DNA from: an uncultured Gemmatimonadales bacterium
GTDB lineage: Bacteria; Gemmatimonadota; Gemmatimonadetes; Gemmatimonadales; GWC2-71-9
Assembly (NCBI GenBank): GCA_963740175.1
Contig: CAVUDL010000003.1
Coordinates: 7,413-71,412 of the forward strand
Reading direction: 5' to 3'
DNA length: 64,000 nt
Shown here in pieces: positions 58,089 to 64,000 of the stretch; position 1 is the stretch's first letter, and each line of letters opens with the position of its first letter. The notes below the pieces were generated by a model. That model saw only the letters and a program-made list of their open reading frames with translations. It searched no databases and was not told where the DNA came from. The translations under genes and the position numbers were made by a program.

Positions 58089-59732
58089 TCAGCGCGAGAT
58101 CGTGAGTGAGAACACCGGCGGGTCCCCTACTCCGAAGTTGACAACTGCTAAGATATACGTCTTGGCCAGCAGTGCCGAAGTAGAAGTTTCTGGCGTTGCA
58201 CCCGCGCCTCCTGCATCGGCGGGGAGTCCTTCGCCCGGCTCGGTTACGCCGTCGGCTTCGAAATAGTACACCCCGAGATCCTGATCAGTCGGCCAAGATA
58301 TCGTGACCGTGAGCGCTGTAGGCGCGGGCACGACCACCTTATACAAGCGGGCCGGGAAGGTAGTACCGAATAGTGGTGCTACATAGTCGTACGTCCCTGC
58401 ATCGTTGATGGTGGTGCTACCGCCCACACCGGGCAAGGCGATAGTCGGGGCGGTCTCGGGGGTTTCGGTGCCCTCCAGCGGCGTGACCGCCGGGACGGTG
58501 ACCGCCGTCGTGGATGGTAGCGTCAGCAGGAACTGGGGTGCGGCATCGACGATCACGCCGGTGATGCTGGCCACCCCCGCTGCGCCTGGAAGAGGCGTGA
58601 TGGTGGCCGACTTGCCGTCCGGTGCCAGCGATCCGATGATGGCGGGTAGACCACCGAACAGGAACTGGACCGTAGGGTCGAAGGTGAAGCCGGCCGGCGC
58701 CGTCACCGTGATTTCCTCGAGGACGTCAGGCGCCACATTGGAGAAGACCACCGCGATGCTGTCGATACTCGGAGTGGTGACCTTGAACGGCGTCGAGAGG
58801 ATCTGGGGGAACTGCGGGAGTACGCTCGGCACCACGCCGCGCAGCGTGATGACGGAGTCCGAGTTCGGTGCCGGCACGAAGGTAAGCGTCCGCCCGTCCG
58901 GCGACACCGCGATGTCGGCGGGGTTCGTGGCGCCTTCCACCACGAATCCGCTGTCCGCGAGCACGCTATCGCCCAGCACCTCGACCCCCGCCGGCAGCGT
59001 CAGGGTAACCACCTCACCCAGGGCCGGGGTGGGGTTGGAGATGACTGCCCCGGTCAAATCGGTGAGCGGCGGTGAGGTGACCGTGCCGGCGGATGTGATG
59101 GTAAAGTCCAGCGTCGGGTCATAGTCCACCGTCGTGTGACTGATCGTCACCGCACCGGCCGTGTTCGGGCCCGGCGTTACCGTCAGCATGGTCCGATCGT
59201 CGGAGATGCCGACGACCTGGCCGGCGGGCCCGCCGCCGAAGGTCACTGCCGAGCTATCGGTGAACAGAACCCCGGCTGGCGCCGTAAGAGTGATGCTTTC
59301 CCCCCACACCGGCGTCGGGTTGGAGATACCGATTTCAACGGTTGCCGGGGTGACCCGAACCGGAACGACCAGGGACTTGCCGCCCGCGTTCAGCTTAAAG
59401 GAGGAGTTTGCTATGCCTCCCGCGGTGACCTGGAAGAGGACCTGGTTGTCGATCTTGACGCCGGGGGCCGTGGTGTGCTGGAAGGCGGTATCCTGAACCA
59501 CCGTAATGCCGGGGCCCACGTCGGTAATCGTATACTCGGCGGCAATCTGATTGCCTTGCTCATCGATGAGGGAGGCCGTGACCGGCTTGGTCTCACCGGC
59601 ATCGATAAACAGGGTCGTCGGAGAGGCAACGATGCCCGCCGGCTCCCGTAAGTCGCTGGTCGGGTCGCCCGAACAGGAGACGAATCCGACGGCAACCGCG
59701 AGTACGACCGAACCACGCAACAAACGCTTCAT
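58089..59732 (-). CDS. lipoprotein with repeated Ig-like beta-sandwich modules
   Basis: The signal is MKRLLRGSVVLAVAVGFVSCSG. Several modules of about 90 aa recur with the pattern ..ITLTAPAGV.F....V.FGG. The start was moved to the ATG at 59730-59732. Confidence 0.6.
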   Translation of the reverse strand: MKRLLRGSVVLAVAVGFVSCSGDPTSDLREPAGIVASPTTLFIDAGETKPVTASLIDEQGNQIAAEYTITDVGPGITVVQDTAFQHTTAPGVKIDNQVLFQVTAGGIANSSFKLNAGGKSLVVPVRVTPATVEIGISNPTPVWGESITLTAPAGVLFTDSSAVTFGGGPAGQVVGISDDRTMLTVTPGPNTAGAVTISHTTVDYDPTLDFTITSAGTVTSPPLTDLTGAVISNPTPALGEVVTLTLPAGVEVLGDSVLADSGFVVEGATNPADIAVSPDGRTLTFVPAPNSDSVITLRGVVPSVLPQFPQILSTPFKVTTPSIDSIAVVFSNVAPDVLEEITVTAPAGFTFDPTVQFLFGGLPAIIGSLAPDGKSATITPLPGAAGVASITGVIVDAAPQFLLTLPSTTAVTVPAVTPLEGTETPETAPTIALPGVGGSTTINDAGTYDYVAPLFGTTFPARLYKVVVPAPTALTVTISWPTDQDLGVYYFEADGVTEPGEGLPADAGGAGATPETSTSALLAKTYILAVVNFGVGDPPVFSLTISR

Positions 59733-59783
59733 AATCGACACCTCAATGCGGAGGTCTGGTAGGAATGCGTCCCGTATCTTCAC

Positions 59784-61247
59784 TCAATATGACTGGCGTG
59801 CGCCCGTATCGTCCCGCCTTGCCACCCTGTACAGATCAATTCCCAGGAATTGTCCGGCATCATCAACCGCCTTGCTCCCGATGACATCGGCCCAGGAAGG
59901 AAATCCGGGCTCCCGGAGGTCGTTGGAATAGATCAGCTGAAAGGCTCCAAACCCGGTTCGGTCGGCAAAGATGTAATGCGTCCCCTTGCCCTTGGTATAC
60001 TGCCACACCTCGTACGGTGGAGCGCTGCCCTGCTGCTCCTGCCGGTATACGTCGTCGGGTGGGCCGTACCGGGCAAAGATGCGTCCTCTGTCCGAGCGCC
60101 AGCCCGCTACCGGCTTCCGGCCGCCTTCCTTGTACTCCCGATTGGCGTAGGCGATGGCCTCGTAGAATCCCTCGCGCCTCTCGTTCCTGGGGGTTCCTGG
60201 CGTCTCATCGCGTTTCTGCCAGAAATTGACGAGGAATCTGCGCTTGGCATCCAGACTGAGCTCCGGCTTCCAGGAAGAGAGCTCACGCTGCTCCGCTATG
60301 TACAGCAACGGCGCCTTGGCGGCGTCCAGCTCCGGGCCGGACATCGCGGCAAAGTAGCCCTGGTCCGTCACCCGGTCTGCCTGGCGCATGGCCGAGTCGC
60401 GGGCCAGCGTCTCCTGGAGGCCCGCCATGACGATCGGCGCCGAACGCTCGATATTGCGGCTTCCGAGCTTGAGGCTGGCCACCATCATGTAGTCGCCCTC
60501 CGGCAGGCCGGCCAGATCGAGCTGGCCCTGCAGGACACTGCCACCCGGACTGACCGTGACCGGAACCTCGGGCGTCTTGATACTGGTCTTGCCGCGGGGG
60601 TCGGTAATGGCCACGCTCATGGTCCCGGCCTGGCCCGAGTCGGAGTACGCCTCGAGCAGGTAGAACACCTTGGCCCGGAGCGGCGTGAGCCCGACGCGCG
60701 CCGCCGCGGTGACCAGGTTATTTCCGGTGCGAAACTCGCCCGGCCGCGGCACCGTGTCGTCGGCCGTGGCCAGGCGCATCTCTGGGGCAACCAGGAGATC
60801 GGAGGCGCCATCCTTCGCTGACAGCGCCTGGACATCGATGCCCCCACTGATCTTGCGGCCGGACACCGAGTCTTCGACCCCCACCTCCAGCCGGTACTTG
60901 CCGGGCGCGACCGCGAAATCGACGATCTCCACGGTATAGGCATCGGCGGCGGCCGCCTGCGCCCTGGCGCGGTTCCGCCACGTCTGCTGGTACAGGGTGA
61001 GACCGGTCGAGTCCACCACCCGGACCGCGACCGTGTAGTTCAGCTGGGCTGTCGCTCCGCTGGAAGACTGGATCATGGAAAAGGGGATCTGCACCAATCC
61101 CTTGACCCGGGTCCGATTCTGGTCCGGCCGATAGAAGCGCACCGCGCGAAGCACCAGTCCGGAATCGTTTTGCGGAACTATCGTCGCCATCGGCGCCACT
61201 ACGGCGGCCGCGGCGAGTAACGCTATTGAAATGCTGTGCATGAACAC
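59784..61247 (-). CDS. GWxTD domain-containing protein
   Basis: 487 aa with a signal peptide. The C-terminal region has GWRSDRGRIFARYGPPDDV...YEVWQY, matching the GWxTD domain pattern. Confidence 0.75.
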   Translation of the reverse strand: MFMHSISIALLAAAAVVAPMATIVPQNDSGLVLRAVRFYRPDQNRTRVKGLVQIPFSMIQSSSGATAQLNYTVAVRVVDSTGLTLYQQTWRNRARAQAAAADAYTVEIVDFAVAPGKYRLEVGVEDSVSGRKISGGIDVQALSAKDGASDLLVAPEMRLATADDTVPRPGEFRTGNNLVTAAARVGLTPLRAKVFYLLEAYSDSGQAGTMSVAITDPRGKTSIKTPEVPVTVSPGGSVLQGQLDLAGLPEGDYMMVASLKLGSRNIERSAPIVMAGLQETLARDSAMRQADRVTDQGYFAAMSGPELDAAKAPLLYIAEQRELSSWKPELSLDAKRRFLVNFWQKRDETPGTPRNERREGFYEAIAYANREYKEGGRKPVAGWRSDRGRIFARYGPPDDVYRQEQQGSAPPYEVWQYTKGKGTHYIFADRTGFGAFQLIYSNDLREPGFPSWADVIGSKAVDDAGQFLGIDLYRVARRDDTGARQSY

Positions 61248-61296
61248 CCTTGTTGGGGGCGGCGCGTTGTTCCGCCCGCCCCCCGCAATTCAGACT

Positions 61297-62427
61297 CTAC
61301 CAGCCCAGAGAGACACTGAAGAAGTTGGTCGCTCCCAGCACGCCGAGATATTTCCAGGCGTAGTCGAAGCCCACGTTAAAGTTGCCGCTGCCGTAGTTGA
61401 GCCCGCCGCCCAGCGCGAGACCCTGAAGGTTCTCCTCGTCGCCGAGTGCTGTCGTGGCAGGATCGACTGGATCAAGATTGTTGGCCGCTGCGTAGCTGTA
61501 GCTGCCCCGCAGCGCGAACCCGAACGCCGAGCCGCCCAACCGCTGCGACATCCACTCGCCACCAGCCGAGAAGCCGGCCGCGTTGTTGTTGGGCTGGTTG
61601 AAATCCGACAGCAGCGTCAGGCGATTGTTGTCGCCCGCGATCAGATCGTACGCCAGACCCACGCGGAAGATGGTGGGAAGCGGGAAGTCCTTGGTTCTGA
61701 ACTCGGACGGCTGCGGGTTCTGCGCAACCGGTGCCTCGCCAGGGATGGAGTCCCGGGGAGCGTCGGTCTCGAGAGCGCTGCCGCTATAGGAAAGGTTGGT
61801 GCCGAGGTTGGACACCACGAAGGAGAACCGAATCGGGTGGCCACTGAGCTGGGCGTGGAAGTTGGTGCCGAAGTCGACCGCGAAGGCCGCGCCCGACGCC
61901 TCGCCCAGGTTGTCGAATACACCCTTCGCGGTGATACCGGCCGAGAACCGGTCGGAGAAGTTCTGCGCGAAGGTAAGACCGGCCACCGTCTGACTGACGG
62001 AATACACCGACCCGGTGCCATCGGGCTGTTCGGCGGTGTAGACCGGCTGATCCTTGAAGCCGAATGTTCCAACCGAGATGCCGACCGAGCGGGAGCCACC
62101 GCCGAACGGGAAGGCGAGGCCGCCCCAGCTGTAGCGGGTCTCGGCGACGTAGTCGTAGGTACCGACCAGGGCTCCGGCCCGCGGCATCAACGCGATGCCC
62201 GCCGGATTGTAGTAGAGCGCGCTGACATCATTGGCGATAGCAGCGAAGGCGGTACCCAGCGCCGTGCCCCGGGCGCCTGCCCCGAAGAGCAGGAACTCGG
62301 CCGCCGTCGTGCCGTAGCCGGTGTTGTCCTGATTGATCTGGTCGTCGGTCTGCGCAGCAGACAAGGCGGGAATCCCGCCGAGCAGCGCCGCCACGAGGGC
62401 CAGGTTCCGTGCAGAGAAATGACTCAT
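61297..62427 (-). CDS. PorV/PorQ-family outer-membrane beta-barrel protein (T9SS-associated)
   Basis: Signal peptide, then GARGTALGTAFAAIANDVSALYYNPAGIA, the PorV-type N-terminal motif. It has alternating beta-strand character and ends in an aromatic residue (W). Confidence 0.75.
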   Translation of the reverse strand: MSHFSARNLALVAALLGGIPALSAAQTDDQINQDNTGYGTTAAEFLLFGAGARGTALGTAFAAIANDVSALYYNPAGIALMPRAGALVGTYDYVAETRYSWGGLAFPFGGGSRSVGISVGTFGFKDQPVYTAEQPDGTGSVYSVSQTVAGLTFAQNFSDRFSAGITAKGVFDNLGEASGAAFAVDFGTNFHAQLSGHPIRFSFVVSNLGTNLSYSGSALETDAPRDSIPGEAPVAQNPQPSEFRTKDFPLPTIFRVGLAYDLIAGDNNRLTLLSDFNQPNNNAAGFSAGGEWMSQRLGGSAFGFALRGSYSYAAANNLDPVDPATTALGDEENLQGLALGGGLNYGSGNFNVGFDYAWKYLGVLGATNFFSVSLGW

Positions 62428-62451
62428 AGCTTCCCATCTCCTGGATGCGGA

Positions 62452-62474
62452 GGGGCAGGCGGGATGCCTGCCCC
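62452..62474 (-). terminator. GC hairpin after the T9SS cargo gene
   Basis: GGGGCAGGC-GGGAT-GCCTGCCCC forms a perfect 9-bp stem 14 nt downstream of the corrected stop at 62488. There is no clear U-tract. Confidence 0.45.
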
Positions 62475-62487
62475 ATCCCGTGGGGTA

Positions 62488-64000
62488 CTACTGGGCGAAG
62501 TTGACCACCGTGAACCGGCCGACCCTGCGGGCGCCGCCGGACTTCGATGTGATAGAAGTACACACCGCTCGCCACCACCTGGTTGTTCCGGCTGCGAACA
62601 TCCCAGTCTACACTTCCGCCAAATGTGGACGAGTGGTGCTCGAGCAGGTCCACCAGCACCCCGCTCGACGAGTAGATGCGGATGATCGCGTCAGACGGCA
62701 GGTTCACGAACTTGATGAGCTTGGTGTCCGTGGTCTGCTCGAAGGCGCTGGTGACGTAGTACGGATCCGGCACCGTGTGGACCTGGGTGAGGTCGTTCTC
62801 CGCCGCTTCGCGCACCACCGTTCCGCCGGTCGTGACGAAGCGGAACCGGAGGCCAGCAACCGCCGGATTGCCGGTGCGCTGGACGAAGGTATAGCCCTCC
62901 GGGTTGATGCCGTCCGCGCCAGTGGCGGCCCGTTGTGGCCCTGTCACACTGCGGAGGACCCACCTGGTTCCTTCGGCCGGCAGTGCGCCGCCGGTGAGCT
63001 GGAAGATGTGGTAGTGCCCCGCGACGTAGAGACCGAAGCCGATACCCGTCTGAGTATGGAGCGCGGGATCCGTTCCGGCAGCCAGAATCGATACTGGGGT
63101 CGCCGCAGCGGCCTCCACCAGGGGAGCGCCGGCCCCGGGTGCCGGAATGGTTACGGTCGGAGCCACGCCGCCAGCCGCACCGCAGAAGTCGGTGTGGATA
63201 TGCGCCTGCAGCATATCTTCCGTCGGAATGATGTCCAGCCAGTCCACCACGCCATTTCCGTTATTGTCGGTCACGAAGCCGTAGCTCGACTGCACGGTCG
63301 GCTTGAATGGAACCGCGACATTGAGGCTCAAGTCCCGGACACTGGCCAACGCCCCACCCGCTCCCCAGACGAGCTCGATATCCGCCTGGCGACCGTAGGT
63401 GCTGGCCACGTAGTTGTACATCTGCATGCACACAGAGGACGGCGGGGCCTGAACGACTCCGGCAACCGGGTCAGGATTCGGGGTAACCGGATCCTGGTCG
63501 ATGTGGGACAACGGGGCGAAGATCGAGTCGACACCCGTGAGATGCCCTACTCGAATCGAATAGGCCGGATCGTCGAGGGTTTCGTTGTCACCCTCGAACC
63601 ATCGCGATCCGCCGGGAGAGGTATTGAGCAGCGGGACCGCCGCTCCTGCGGCGGCACCACCGGTGCGGCGGCCGAAGAAGTTCTCACCGGCAGAGTTCTC
63701 GCCGTGTCGTGATACGGTGACCTCCAGGCCGGCTGCCGGAGGGCTCTGAACCCCGGCCGGCAGGCCGAATTCATTCGCGGTCTCCGGGTCGAGCCCAACC
63801 GGTCCCGGGTTGATTCGGGTGGTGACTTCGACCGGTTCGCCGAAGACCGAGTGGATCGGGACTCTGACGATGGTGCGAGTCTGCACCGTGCCCACCGGAC
63901 CGACATACGTCACGAAGTACTCGTGACAGAGGCCCTGGGTGTTCTCAAGTCCCAGGCAACTGGAGGCCGCGATTCCGTCGTCCGGGTAGGACTCGCCGGT
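62488..64000 (-). pseudogene. large secreted protein with a T9SS C-terminal sorting domain (N-terminus beyond the window; one frameshift 17 codons before the stop)
   Basis: CTD pattern VPDPYY...IKFVNLPSDAIIRIYSSSGVLV...WDVRSRNNQVVASGVYFYHIEV. Removing one base at about 62539 gives the expected ending GGARRVGRFTVVNFAQ-stop at 62488. The frame stays open to the window edge. Confidence 0.75.

Overview
High-GC bacterial chromosomal window (G+C judged by eye at about two thirds, not computed). All calls come from reading the ORF translations and the DNA; no homology search was run. The gene content is type IX secretion (SprA, PorV-like, CTD cargo, GWxTD), a type IVa pilus system and LptFG. That combination suggests an FCB-group organism, possibly Gemmatimonadota-like (inference only).

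Layout:
- 1-1607: aroK-aroC.
- 1.7-8.7 kb: pilQPONM and pilXWV-like minor pilins.
- 8.8-14.8 kb: an orphan sigma54 activator, two tandem pilin genes and pilR-pilS.
- 15-26.5 kb: mixed housekeeping genes, including GIY-YIG, DUF2231, a PAS hybrid kinase, slt, hslR, a divergent icd/aceK pair and cspA.
- 26.7-31.6 kb: an anomalous block. A C-free tract and a purine-only tract bracket an indel-riddled cytochrome oxidase subunit I gene, followed by an indel-riddled quinohemoprotein alcohol dehydrogenase gene.
- 31.7-39.7 kb: an SDR gene, pilC-pilT-pilB-comEA and a glutaminyl-cyclase-like M28 gene.
- 39.8-48.6 kb: sprA and lptFG.
- 48.6-57.9 kb: a four-helix-bundle cassette, nadBAC, an APC permease, a ctaA-ctaB fusion and an MsbA-like ABC transporter.
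- 58-64 kb: a T9SS-associated cluster.

Most interesting signals:
1. A family of G-rich 7-9 nt tandem-repeat palindromes at seven gene boundaries. One pair brackets a four-helix-bundle (IVS-protein-like) gene, one arm has been co-opted as a signal peptide, and a related 9-mer array sits in frame inside aroC.
2. Sigma54-type promoters in front of pilM and pilA.
3. The low-complexity and indel block at 26.7-31.6 kb.

At least ten otherwise well-conserved genes carry isolated single-base frameshifts. These look more like consensus errors than decay, so every pseudogene label here means 'as sequenced'.
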